A stretch of 64,000 bases of DNA from Podospora anserina (taxonomy: Eukaryota): contig CM030336.1 of assembly GCA_017654855.1 (NCBI GenBank), positions 2,418,001 through 2,482,000 on the forward strand, given 5' to 3'. The position numbers and the translations under genes are program-made. The notes under the pieces were generated by a model. It had not been told where the DNA came from. It saw nothing but the letters and a program-made list of their open reading frames with translations, and did not search any database. Within the stretch, counting starts at the first letter, position 1, and each line of letters begins with the position of its first letter. This document shows positions 53,422 to 64,000 of the stretch, piece after piece.

Positions 53422-54116
53422 TTGGCTGGTTTTATTTCATTGTCTGGGTACTTGTGAGCTTTGGAGTTGGTGTTGGAAGGGAAATTTGATACTGGCAGGC
53501 AAGGCAGGGCGGAAAAAAAAAGCGAGAACAGGAATACCCTTTGCGCGGATTCCGGATATCAATGCGTAGCGTATACTGAGGGACTACTACTAAATGGGTT
53601 ATTGTTTGGTTTTGTATGATGTACTGAAGGACTAGAAATGCAGGATCTTGATCAATTGCGGTGGTGAGAAACAGCGGGCGGTGAAGCAGTGCGTGACACG
53701 TTGGCATGTTCAGAGCTTGTGGTTGGTTATCGAGAGCGCCTTGGTTGACTGCGCGTCCGCCGAGAGGATCTACAAGATGAGATGGGGCTCTCCAACATCT
53801 CTAGAACACTGATCTCCCTGGTCTTCTAGATAATTGCGGGAACTGTCTGCACAGCCTGCTGGAGATAAGATGCGTAAGCTTCTCTCTCTGAGCCTCGTCT
53901 TAAGTGAGGGCGCTGAGACATGGTATGTAATGATGACGTTTGGAGAGGGGTCCGCTGTTAATCACTCTGGTGATGAGAAGATAACAATCTGACAATGCTG
54001 GAAGTATAGATATAAAATCATTGTTCTTTCTATGTTCTAGATATGCGGCCTTGGATTATCCTCTCAAGTTCAACCTATCATTGTAACAAGTTAAGAATTT
54101 CCCTCTACAGTACCGC

Positions 54117-54542
54117 ATGAAGCGTAATCCACCCAGCACCACAACCATCACCAACAGCTCGGAGACGAACACAAGCACGACGAACATGCAGCCAGAGTTT
54201 GTACGGCAGAGACAAGACAGCGGCAGCGGCAGCAGCAGATTTTCGGGGCTGTTTGGCAGGGGTAACAACAATAATAATATGGGAAGTGGGAACGGGAACG
54301 AGTACGAGCGGCGGCAGACTCGGGCAGGGTCGGTTATTACGGATGTGAGCGTGGGTGGTGATGATTCTTCTTCGAGGAGGTCATCTGCTACGTCTGAGAG
54401 CTCGGAGGTGTTTGTTTCGCGACAGGTGGAAAGGCAGGCTCGGCCGTTGGAGGGGAGGAAGGAGGATAAGAGGGTGGGAAGTTGGAAGGGGGGGGAGGGG
54501 GCGTTCATCGGGGGTGCGTTGGAGATTGCGTTTGATATTTAG
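54117..54542 (+). CDS. Small hypothetical Ser-rich protein (141 aa)
   Basis: ATG ORF downstream of a TATAAA at about 54012; low complexity; no family recognised. Confidence 0.45.
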   Translation: MKRNPPSTTTITNSSETNTSTTNMQPEFVRQRQDSGSGSSRFSGLFGRGNNNNNMGSGNGNEYERRQTRAGSVITDVSVGGDDSSSRRSSATSESSEVFVSRQVERQARPLEGRKEDKRVGSWKGGEGAFIGGALEIAFDI

Positions 54543-54977
54543 GTTGTTTGTTTTGGGGGGAGGGGGTTGCTTGTTTGGATGTGATGTGATACAATGGGAG
54601 GAAGGCTTTGCTTTTGACTGGCGTTGATGTAGACAAGACTGGCAAATTCTGAGCTTCTTATTTTTGGCCAAAACCATGGTATCAGGGATGTCCAAAGGGA
54701 GAATCTTGAAGGGGAAAAAAGAGAGAGCATTTTAGGAGCTTCAAGGATATGTTAAAGTCAATTCATGTTTGCTTGCTAAATAAAGTCTTCTTGTCTCCTG
54801 ATGAGCTAGAGAAAATGGCTAGTAGGCTATGCAGAACGTCGTATCGACTTGGATGCTACTTTGACTGGGTGTAGAATTCTTTCATTAATGTTTGGAAAAG
54901 GAGATAGACGGGAAACAGGTCGGCATTCTTTTTTTAGCAAAAAGTCAAAATGGTAAGTAATGGCAACAGCCAAAAGA

Positions 54978-55048
54978 TGCATCAGCCGTGAATCGAACAC
55001 GGGGCCCATCGATGGCAACGATGGATTTTACCACTAAACCACTGATGC
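54978..55048 (-). tRNA. tRNA-Gly(GCC)
   Basis: Minus strand GCATCAGTGGTTTAGTGGTAAAATCCATCGTTGCCATCGATGGGCCCCGTGTTCGATTCACGGCTGATGCA: 7-bp acceptor stem, D-loop AGTGGTA, anticodon GCC, T-loop TTCGATT, T-run downstream. Confidence 0.97.
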
Positions 55049-56660
55049 TGGGAGATATCCTTGAAGGGATTGTGGAGGTGTCAGATAGAAAATCTGCTTT
55101 TGTCACGGAACTCCGTGCTTCCGTCGATGCAGAAAAAGCGTAGCTGTGGGTGAAGTTTTTCAGCTCCACAGCGAAGTGGAGTGGTGATACTTTCTTGGTG
55201 GGTTGCCCTGGCTAGACCTGCAGCAACAGCGACCCAGTGACCGTTGGGCCGGGTCTAAGTGGAATGGAGGCACCTTGATGGCCGCTTGGACATGCTATTG
55301 TTTCCTTGCAGATTGCGAAAGTCGCTGTTATCAGCTGGCATCAAACATCGAGAATGGGGGAACGCAAAGTCGGTCCTCGGCAAGCTCTAGTGTACCCCAG
55401 AAAACATGATTTTGTGCGACTGGTTGGAATTTCGGGATTGCCGGAAGATTTGTGTATCTTTGACGGGTATCATGCTGATGACGTCGAGTCTTGTGAGATT
55501 TCGTGGGGCCACGACAACGTGGTTCGCAGCGTGGCCGTTGGGTTGGGGTAGGGCGTACACGGGCAGGTGCCAACGCATCACCGCTGCTCGACCCCCCAGC
55601 CTCGGGATTTTGAGTAGCTTCAATTTGACGAGATTGGCTCCCAGGCAACGGTCTTGATAGCAATTTTGTTGGTGAGAATCTGCCAGGAAAATCAGGCAGG
55701 GCAGTGTGCAAGACAATAAGGATGCGCGCGTGCCTTCCTCAGGAGCAGCTTCCAGCTTTGAGTCACTGCCGACGTCAGTGGCAAGAAGCTGGCGACGGCT
55801 GGGGAGCAACTGTTTGGCGGGTACTCTGTCGTTTCAGGATGCAAATTGAGGCGGTTGGGAGAGCAATAGAAGTGAATAAAGACGGCAGGCACGGTTTTAT
55901 CCTATATACCCTTTTCTCATCTAGATTTATATCTTTAGGAAATAACGGAGGGCAGTTCTATGTGCCAGGGTGGTGCGGCTCTGCAGTCCTGAGCTTCTGA
56001 TTGGCCAATAGTGGGTTGACAACACTTGGGCATTGGCGGGGAAGGGCTCCACTTTCAACCCGAGTCATCGCCTCCCGTCCGTCTTCAACCCAAATAACAT
56101 AACACCATCCATTGCCTCTGGCATCGCTGCCACCCACCTCTCAGGGGCATCACAACAATAAGGTCCCGCGCCTGCGTAATTTGCTATTCTTCTGCCACTT
56201 TCCACCGCACACAATGGTGCCCTCTTTTTCTTGCTATTGACCGGCCCCCACGACAATTTCTGCCTTCCTCTTTCGCCGACCTCTTGCGCCCTAAATCCAA
56301 TCTCCCAACTATTTCTTGCCAAACCCAACTCCCTCCCACTTCCTCTTCCTCCTCACCCCGACGCAAGCAGACCGCACACAATACCGCCTCTTGCTTCCTG
56401 GCAGTGCCATACTTATCCCTCCTGCCCTCTCCTCTCCTCTCCTCACACATTCTTCCCGTCCTTCAATCAATCACGCTCAATACTGCTTACCACCACTTTG
56501 TTTTCTTCGCCTAACAAAGTATGTCCTCGCCTTTCCTGGCCCACGTTTCGAGATACTAATCGTTATAGGAAGTCGAAGCCCACGCCGTTCCGACCGATCG
56601 ACAACAATCAATCCCATTCGCGTTGTCATCTCACAAACCACAAGGTCAGAGTCCAACGAG

Positions 56661-59024
56661 ATGGCTTCATCCGCCGACATGGCGTCGACCTCCTACTTTG
56701 GTCGGCCCGTAGCCAAGCACCGGCTTGCCACCGACTTCGACCTGCTTGTCAAGTGGTCCCGGGTCCTTGGAGCACGCCCGGAGAACCCCTCCTGCATCCT
56801 GTCGCAGCTCTCCAAGGAAGACCAAGCTACCCTGTTCTCTCCATCATTCGAGCAGTTCCGCATCGTCGACGACGCGTCGGAGGGTCCCAAGATTGAGATC
56901 GTCCAGAACAAGCTGTACGAGCGACTTGGAGTCGCGCCTATGGATCCCGACCTGGCCGCCATGATGGTCTCTGACAACTACAAGCGTTCCGAGAAGTCTT
57001 TGTACGATGTCGCCTGCCACCTGCGTGACGCCGAGGAGGAGTCTGGCGTTCTCTACGACTTTTGCCTCCAGAAAGCCAAAAACGCGGGCTGGACTGACTA
57101 CGAAGCTCACCAGTACGCCAAGATGTACCGGTCCAGGCATTTCGTTCACATTGTGCGCCGCCGGCAACAGGAGATCAGAGACGAGAAGCGCAAGCTCACC
57201 ATTCCGGGCTATACCCCGATTGAGCGGGATTTGATCCCTGTGATTGAAGACCCTCTTGAAGCTGCCTCAACCGCTGGGCTGCGGTCGTACTTTGCTGGCC
57301 TTCCCGAGGCCACCTCGACCCTGGCATCTGTCCGTCTTGCAGAGAATGGCCCTCCCGCCTCAGCGTATGCCGGCCCGACTAACGACCTTCAACAAACACC
57401 AGTTTCTGCGCCTACCAGCAATGTGGGATACATGCAGGCCGCCCGTTACGAGTACCATCCATCATTTTCTCCTCACGTCACCACATCAGTTGTCGATCAG
57501 TTGCGACTTGAAGACATTCAGCTGTACCAGACGCCGTCGCCCGTTGGCGAGCACTCTCAGGCGAATGCCACCCCTTTCACCCCATCACCCGCTCCCATGA
57601 CCACGAAGACCTCCTACTCTGGTTATGTCTCGGGCGCCAGCGACACCTCCATGGAGGCTCAAGCATCTGACAACTCAGGCCAGTTCTCCGACGCATCTTC
57701 TGCTGTTACAGAGATGCCTGTGTATGCTGCAGATGACGACGATTATGATGACGCCGACGGCGGCGCCTTGTTGCCCAGAGACCTTGCTGAGTCGCTTGGA
57801 ATCCCCTCTCAGATCCCTTACTCCTCACATGTCACTCAACAACCTGTCTTTCAGACAATGCCCACAGTTCCGCAGGGAGGCCTCTTGGGTGCCGGTCTGA
57901 GCGGATACTGGCTTCCCGTGTACGCCGCTTCCGATGTCGCTGAGGACGGAAACCAAAACTCCTCTGCGTTTCAGTTCCCCCCTCTGAACGCTCCTGTTGC
58001 CAATACCGAGTGCAACAGCCCCGACCTTGTGCTCACCACCACTACTCAGTTTGGTGATACCCAGTTGACGACTTTTCAGACTCCTGCCAAGGGCCCGCGG
58101 AATTCCTTGTCTGAGAATGTCAAGGTGACCCAGTACCCTGAGTCTCGACAGCAGCTGTGGAACGGAATGACATGTTACGATGTCCCCTCATCTGCCCTGG
58201 GCTTTTTGAAAAAGCATCAGATTTTTCCGACGTACTGGACCACCAAGCTGGGCAAGGAGCGCTTTCTGCGCCACAAGTTCAGCGATTTGAAGCACGCAGA
58301 TGCCAAGGTCATGCGTGACAAAACCTTGGGCAAGGTTGCTCGCAATCCTGTCTACATTGTCGTCGACTTGTCCAATATCATTATTGGCTTCTACGACAAG
58401 ATGAAGGAGAAGCGTGGCATTCCCCTTGGCAGGCGCGTTATTGCCCCTGCCTTCAGCTTCAATAACTTCGACACGCTGCTTGCCCGCGATCGGAGTGTCA
58501 GGAAGCGTATTCTTGCCGGATCACTTGGAAGCGCCACCAAGTCTTTGCCAAGCCATGTCAAGCAAGCTAGCGCCATAGGCTATGATGTTAACCTTTTGCA
58601 TCGTGTGTCCAAGCCAGTTTCGCCGCGTAAGATGCGAGCGGATCTTCAGTCGGACACTTCTAACGATGACGACGACCTCTTTACCGGCCCCATGAAGCTG
58701 GGCGAGCAAGGTGTCGACGAGGTTCTCCATCTCAAGCTTCTTCAGCTTGATTTTGATCACAAGCCTGGCACCATTTGTCTGGGCACTGGCGATGCTGCGT
58801 CTGCCGAGTACTCTGACGGTTTTTTGAAGAACATTGAGCGTCTCCTTGAGCGCGGCTGGCGTGTCGAGTTGTACGGATGGGCTCATAACATTTCCTTTGC
58901 CTGGCGCGACGAGTTTGAGACCAAGTGGGCTGATTTCTTCAAGATCATTGAGCTGGACGAGTTCTGTGAGGAGCTTTTTGACATGACCGTTGAGTCCATC
59001 CCCGACTTCAAACCGGCCTTTTAA
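56661..59024 (+). CDS. Uncharacterised protein with C-terminal NYN/PIN (LabA/DUF88-like) nuclease domain
   Basis: C-terminal motifs VYIVVDLSNIIIG, EQGVDEVLHLK, TICLGTGD, YSDGF, GWRVELYGW carry the acidic residues of NYN/PIN folds. Probable 5'UTR intron at 56519-56568 (GTATGT, TACTAAT, TAG). Confidence 0.78.
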   Translation: MASSADMASTSYFGRPVAKHRLATDFDLLVKWSRVLGARPENPSCILSQLSKEDQATLFSPSFEQFRIVDDASEGPKIEIVQNKLYERLGVAPMDPDLAAMMVSDNYKRSEKSLYDVACHLRDAEEESGVLYDFCLQKAKNAGWTDYEAHQYAKMYRSRHFVHIVRRRQQEIRDEKRKLTIPGYTPIERDLIPVIEDPLEAASTAGLRSYFAGLPEATSTLASVRLAENGPPASAYAGPTNDLQQTPVSAPTSNVGYMQAARYEYHPSFSPHVTTSVVDQLRLEDIQLYQTPSPVGEHSQANATPFTPSPAPMTTKTSYSGYVSGASDTSMEAQASDNSGQFSDASSAVTEMPVYAADDDDYDDADGGALLPRDLAESLGIPSQIPYSSHVTQQPVFQTMPTVPQGGLLGAGLSGYWLPVYAASDVAEDGNQNSSAFQFPPLNAPVANTECNSPDLVLTTTTQFGDTQLTTFQTPAKGPRNSLSENVKVTQYPESRQQLWNGMTCYDVPSSALGFLKKHQIFPTYWTTKLGKERFLRHKFSDLKHADAKVMRDKTLGKVARNPVYIVVDLSNIIIGFYDKMKEKRGIPLGRRVIAPAFSFNNFDTLLARDRSVRKRILAGSLGSATKSLPSHVKQASAIGYDVNLLHRVSKPVSPRKMRADLQSDTSNDDDDLFTGPMKLGEQGVDEVLHLKLLQLDFDHKPGTICLGTGDAASAEYSDGFLKNIERLLERGWRVELYGWAHNISFAWRDEFETKWADFFKIIELDEFCEELFDMTVESIPDFKPAF

Positions 59025-60851
59025 CCTCCCCCACGAGAATCTTGTCAGCTCGACTGACTGAATGGTCTTACCGACCGGCATCGATTCTACAATCTTCAGC
59101 CTATTTTTTGGTCTCTGTTCGCATCTCCCGGCGTTCTGTACAACATCATTTCTTCGGCTCTCTTTTCTGCTAGATCTATTGTCCATGACTCGATCTGGTG
59201 GTCTTCTCTGCGGCCCTCTGCTATGTTGCGAATTTCCACTCAGCGACACTTTTGATTTCGCAGTCTTTTGTCTCCAGACTGCTAGCCCATGAGTACGGAA
59301 CACCACAACAGCAGCAATGGCTACCGCGACAACACAACCGCAGGCCAAACCATCATTTTGAGAGCATCCTCTCGCGCACATTCACACTTTTCGACTCGTC
59401 ATGAGTGCAACGATAACACGATAACAACAAAAAAAAACATCAAAACGACTGATGACTATATGATCTGGTTTCACGATGGAATGATGGATTTCGACGAGAA
59501 TAGGGTTTGCCTTCCAGACCAAGGCTTGCTTTCTGTTTCTGTCGACAACCTCCCACATCGAGTTCACCCTGCCTCAGCACACGGCCGGATATACGACACT
59601 TTGACCAGAATTGAGCCTTCTCAAACGGTACAATTCTGTGGCGCTGCCTAACCTTCCCGGTTTTCATTTTCTTTTTGGGGGGGAGGTATTTTGACGGCGC
59701 AACACGATAAACACCAAGAATAATGGTTGGGCATGGGTCATATGGGAAACATGGGAGTTTTCGCGGCATTTCATAAAGATACCCTGGCGTCTTCTTTTTC
59801 GGAAAGGATTCACCGCATTTCCACCTGGGCGCAGTTTTCCCTTCTTGGTGGTCTTCTGTTTCTTTCCATTGTTTCACGGATGGATGGCGCACCTGTTTTT
59901 CTTTCTCCTCTTGGCAGGCACCCTTGAGTTGCGGACGATAGATGGATCCCCTCATACACGGTCTTGATGATACCGGATTTTCACGATTGAAGGATTTTCA
60001 CGAGGTGGTGAAGGAGGACATCGGAAACGACTTTTTTTGAGGGCCCAAGGTCACACAGAGCGATGGAAGGCATTCTGGGCATTTTCACGGCATGAAGCGT
60101 ACTCGGAATTGCACATGCGGTATGCGACACACGATAACGGGTTTTATGGAGTTTTTATGGGCTTTTTATGGATTTTTATGGGTTCACGGACATCACGAGG
60201 AGGAAATGGTTATTATGAAGAAGGATTTCTCCGATAGTGTTTTTTATTGGCTGGTCCCTTGGGGTTATCGTCTTGTTATCCTTCGGATGATCTGATGGTA
60301 GCATTTGTTTCCCAACATGGATAGGAGAATTCTTCGGTTTTATTTTTATTTTTCTTTCTTGTTCTTTGTGTTATGGCACTATGGTTATGGCGCTTGGTCA
60401 ATGGTCAGCATGAGGAAGATTCATGACAGCGAGGTGGTTTGTTTGCTTTTTGAAGCACAGCGTATTGTGTATATGGATTATGAGCATGGCACTGGCTTGA
60501 CATGGCGTTGCGAGCATACACTTGTGATTGGAGGTGAAGAATAGCGTCGTGCTTCGTGAGGGTGGTGCTTGAGTGGTGAAGTAGTAGATATGGGATATCA
60601 ATATACATCATGGTTGGGGGACTTTTTGGTAGTCTTCATGGTCGTGATGGAGGTGATGTGTGGTGAAGCTGTTCTTTGGGTCTGGCCCGTGAGCTGATAT
60701 GTATGTGCCCTGTGATGTGGTATATACTTGCCATTCCTCCGTTGTCAATTCTTGACTTTTCAACATACATATCGTCCTGGGTATCTCCATCTCAACATAC
60801 AGTAGCCTGAAACCCCTCCCATCACGACAACAACAACACCCCTTCTTCTAA

Positions 60852-61862
60852 TCACCCAGCAAAGCCCTCCTGTAAAACCCCCACCTTTTCGTCCCTCCCC
60901 GTCAACCTAGCCATAGCCCCCTCATAAACGGCAAACTGCACGGCATTGACCACAAACGCCCTCAAACTGCAGACTCCTAGCCCCCGAAAGAAGGGTTTTA
61001 TCCCTTCTCTCGCGTAGATTTCCCTCCCCGTCTGCCACGCCCCTTTGCCTTTTCCTCCACTCCCCAACAAACCTTGTTGTTCCCCCGCCGTGTCCCGAGT
61101 TTGCATCCTGGTCTTGACGACATCCAAAGGGAAAATACTCGCCCAGGTCAACACCCCCGCCACCCCACCGCAGAGGAGCGCCCTCCCTATTGTTTCCTCT
61201 GTTGTGGTGCCGAAGAAGGAGTTGTACCATCCGGAGGAGAGCTCGTACCCCCAGAAATAAAACCCGTACCCTATGCTATCTCTCAGAACGGTCACCCCCC
61301 CGGCTTGGTAGAGACCTTTTACGCCATTCTGCCGTAGGATTTGGGTTGTTACATTCCAGGAGGAGGTCGAGGAGGTTTGCGAACGGACTTTGATGATCTC
61401 GGTTGGGCAAGACACCAAAAAGGTGGCGAGGCCGGAGAGGCAGCCTGCTAGGAAGGTGGTTGTGAGGTTTGATCCTTTTCCTCCTTGCTGGCCGGGTTGG
61501 GAGGGGGAAGGAAACAAAGAGTTGAGGTAGGACTCTGAGCGGTTATACGACACAAAAAGCAGGGCGTTCAAGGCGCCGTAGGTGAGGATGGGGGCTGCTG
61601 TGCCGAGGAGGAGGTTGCGGGGGGTGGTCAGGATTCTTGGGTTGGTGGTGGTTGTGGTGGTGGAAGGGGAAGAGGAAGAGGAAGAGGAAGAGGAAGAGGA
61701 AGAGGAAGAGGAAGAGGAAGAGGAAGAGGAAGAGGAAGAGGAAGAGGAAGAGGAAGAGGAAGAGGAACTGGCTTGGAGTCGGACTTTGAGGACGTCGAGG
61801 GGGTTGCCGATTATGATGGAGGCTGCGCCCGAGAGGTAGCCGGCCCAGAAGTCGGCTGACAT
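60852..61862 (-). CDS. Mitochondrial carrier (SLC25 family; carnitine/basic amino-acid carrier-like)
   Basis: Three Px[DE]xx[KR] signatures (PLDVLKVRLQ, PTEIIKVRSQ, PLDVVKTRMQ); substrate contact motifs LRDSIGYG and LRAFVVNA. Confidence 0.93.
   Translation of the reverse strand: MSADFWAGYLSGAASIIIGNPLDVLKVRLQASSSSSSSSSSSSSSSSSSSSSSSSSSSSSSSSSSPSTTTTTTNPRILTTPRNLLLGTAAPILTYGALNALLFVSYNRSESYLNSLFPSPSQPGQQGGKGSNLTTTFLAGCLSGLATFLVSCPTEIIKVRSQTSSTSSWNVTTQILRQNGVKGLYQAGGVTVLRDSIGYGFYFWGYELSSGWYNSFFGTTTEETIGRALLCGGVAGVLTWASIFPLDVVKTRMQTRDTAGEQQGLLGSGGKGKGAWQTGREIYAREGIKPFFRGLGVCSLRAFVVNAVQFAVYEGAMARLTGRDEKVGVLQEGFAG
61669..61767 (+). repeat. (GAAGAG)16 microsatellite, encoding poly-Ser in the carrier gene
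   Basis: 16 perfect hexamer units plus GAA; the minus strand reads 34 consecutive Ser codons (61769-61668). Confidence 0.97.
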
Positions 61863-62609
61863 TGTTGTTGGGGTAAAAAAAAAAAAGAAATATGCTTCTC
61901 CTTTGGTTGGGAGTTACCCTCTTGTGAGAGTGAGTGTGTTGTCTGGTTTATGAGCTGGTATGGCTTATCGTCCTTGAGATGTGGTTGGTGGTGGTGGTGG
62001 TGATGGTGAGGGGGAGACTTGAGAGACTTGGTAAAACTGATATCCCAATCTATGGATCCTGGCAAGTCACCTGAAGAACTGTAAACTGTAAAAAGCAGTA
62101 AATGTTATCTCCTTGAATAGACGCCTCAAACTGAGCCTCTTTGTTTATCCCGCCATAATGATGACCGCGGGGTTAGTTAGATTCGGGTTAGCGGGGCGCA
62201 ATGGACCCTGCCAAGGCTCACCTTCCCGCCTCTGCCGGCATGTGAAGATGACCACATGACGGAGGTTTGTAAGTATCACCACATGACAGTCTGATAAACC
62301 ATAAATAATATCCTCCTGAACTCAGCAATGCTCCCGACTAAAAATGGGTATAAAACCGCCTTCTCAACCGTACTCAACCACGGTTTAGTACCTTCGCAAG
62401 AAAATGATTACAAGTACACATATCGTGATAAACTGAAACCCTTTAACCTTTCAACCTTTCCACCCGAAAAATAAATCAATGAAATCCGCTTATGCCATGG
62501 CCCAACCCACCAACAATGCTTGCTCTCATCGGAGTCAAAACAGAATATTCCGCTAACGTATACCCTCATCCCCACCTCTCCCTCTATTCTTTCCCCGTCT
62601 TCCCCAACA

Positions 62610-64000
62610 TCACACAGCCACCTCAACCCCCTCCTCCTTCTTCTTCTCCTCCTCCCCATCCCCGTCCAAATCAACCTCCTCCCCCCTCGCCGCCCGCTTC
62701 GCAATATCCCTCTCCTTGTAAATCTCCCCCCTCCTCACCGTCGCCATCTCCAAATTCTCGGCATACGTCCTAAACTTGACAATCTCATGCAGCAAATACT
62801 CGCTCTTCCTCTCCCAATTCGCCATGGCCCTCACCGCGTTCGTGCTCCTCGGCGTGAACGCAAGCAGCATCGGGCTCCTAAGCGCGTTGTGGCTCTGCAG
62901 TTCCGCCTCGATACTCTTGATGTACCCCTGCAGATACCCCAGCTGGTCCTTCTCGGACAGGTTGCTGGGGCGGGTGGACTGCTGCGGCGGTGTCCAGTCG
63001 GCAATGTGGATGCGATCACCGGGCAGCTTAGCCGAGTGACGCATAGGAAGGGAGCCGACCAGGCCGGCGTGGTTGCCGAGGACGCCTGAGGAGCCCGAGC
63101 CAGGGCGGTTGAGAGAGCCGCCAAAGTCAAAGGACGAAGAGCGGATGGAGCGGCCGGATTGCATGGAGGAGCGGGTGAGGGTGGGTACTATCCCTGTGCC
63201 GGTGTTGGCAGCGGCCGCGCTGCCGGAGCGGGTGTGGCCTCGGGCGCTGCTGCCGGATGTTGGGGGGCGGTTGGGGAGGTTGGTTGTGCTTTCGTTAATG
63301 GCGGCTACGAGCGCGTTGTCGATAACCGCGTCGCTCCAGCCGTACTCGATGTTGGAGATACCACCAATCAGTGGTACTGTGCTGAGTCGGGCGCTCCAGT
63401 AGTTGGCCGTGCTGACGAACTCGGCGCTGATCTCGGGTGTGCCGACGTGGAAGAAGTGAACGGCGCCGGTGGGCAGGTTCAGGATCCAGACGTGCCTGCG
63501 GGAATTGCTGTACCCCCCAGGAGGGAAAGCAGTGGCGAGAGTATGCCTGAGCGAGAAAGTACCCAGGTTGGTAGCATGGTCTTGCCAGTTGCCCCCACCC
63601 ACCACGGCACCCTTGGGAAGAGTCCCGCCAGGACCCCGTCTGTTCTTCTGTCTCATCGACTTGTTCGGCGAAAAGGAGAAGAGGCTCAGCTGCCCCTTTT
63701 GGATGACCGCAAACACTTCGGTCCAATTGTGGTTCTTGGGCTTCTTATTGTTCCCATCCTTGAAGTGTTTGTGGCTCACAATTCCTTCCTTGATCCATGG
63801 AGGACCGGCAAGCTCAAGAGACTCATCATCCAACAACTCATCAGGATGAACCTCCCCGTCGTCGTCGGCATTGTCCTCCCGGATAATCGCCTGGCTCAGA
63901 GCGCTGGCAAATCCAATCGACTGCTGGTAGTCGCCACGGGGATACGCCGAGCCGAACGAGTCCATCGACATGGAGGTGTGGGTCCTACCCAGCGACACCT
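62610..64000 (-). CDS. 3' part of a Sec7/PH-domain Arf guanine-nucleotide exchange factor (Syt1-like), truncated by the window edge
   Basis: PH-like region LELAGPPWIKEG...WTEVFAVIQKGQLSLFSF...EFVSTANYWSARLS...SNIEYGW and C-terminal coiled coil AMANWERKSEYLLHEIVKF. The Sec7 domain itself is not in the window. Confidence 0.8.
   Translation of the reverse strand, partial: VSLGRTHTSMSMDSFGSAYPRGDYQQSIGFASALSQAIIREDNADDDGEVHPDELLDDESLELAGPPWIKEGIVSHKHFKDGNNKKPKNHNWTEVFAVIQKGQLSLFSFSPNKSMRQKNRRGPGGTLPKGAVVGGGNWQDHATNLGTFSLRHTLATAFPPGGYSNSRRHVWILNLPTGAVHFFHVGTPEISAEFVSTANYWSARLSTVPLIGGISNIEYGWSDAVIDNALVAAINESTTNLPNRPPTSGSSARGHTRSGSAAAANTGTGIVPTLTRSSMQSGRSIRSSSFDFGGSLNRPGSGSSGVLGNHAGLVGSLPMRHSAKLPGDRIHIADWTPPQQSTRPSNLSEKDQLGYLQGYIKSIEAELQSHNALRSPMLLAFTPRSTNAVRAMANWERKSEYLLHEIVKFRTYAENLEMATVRRGEIYKERDIAKRAARGEEVDLDGDGEEEKKKEEGVEVAV

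Noticed and set aside
56316-56660. 115-codon TTG-started N-terminal extension of the NYN gene
   Set aside because: Pyrimidine-rich leader with a clear 50-nt intron (56519-56568) that would break the frame; ATG 56661 is preferred.
61582-61839. Poly-Glu ORF on the + strand
   Set aside because: Antisense reading of the poly-Ser microsatellite in the carrier gene.

Overview
Eukaryotic, intron-containing DNA from a filamentous ascomycete. Gene content, intron signals (GTRNGT...CTRAC/CTAAC...YAG) and RIP-like mutation point to a Sordariomycete, probably Podospora-like (inference). It holds about 16 well-supported protein genes: ThrRS, CHO1, a UCH37/BAP1-type deubiquitinase, POM152, an RTA1-like protein, a hypothetical, white collar-1, importin beta-3/Kap121, SDS23, formamidase, usgS, INP1, OTU1, RSC1/2, a NYN/PIN-domain protein and a mitochondrial carrier, plus a partial SYT1-like Arf-GEF and one tRNA-Gly(GCC). 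There is also a 603-bp RIP-mutated Mutator-like element with 51-bp TIRs and a 9-bp TSD, and several tandem repeats. Main observations: (1) the deubiquitinase frame continues for 135 codons, acidic and with an NLS-like motif, after a single TAG, and INP1 continues for 50 codons after its TAG; both are candidates for sexual-stage A-to-I stop-loss editing (UAG->UGG). (2) The usgS->formamidase tandem known from Aspergillus nidulans appears conserved. (3) The NYN RNase-like gene has a repeated TTCACG motif downstream. (4) C-rich to G-rich skew flips recur regardless of gene orientation. All exon structures and family calls were made by eye, without database searches.
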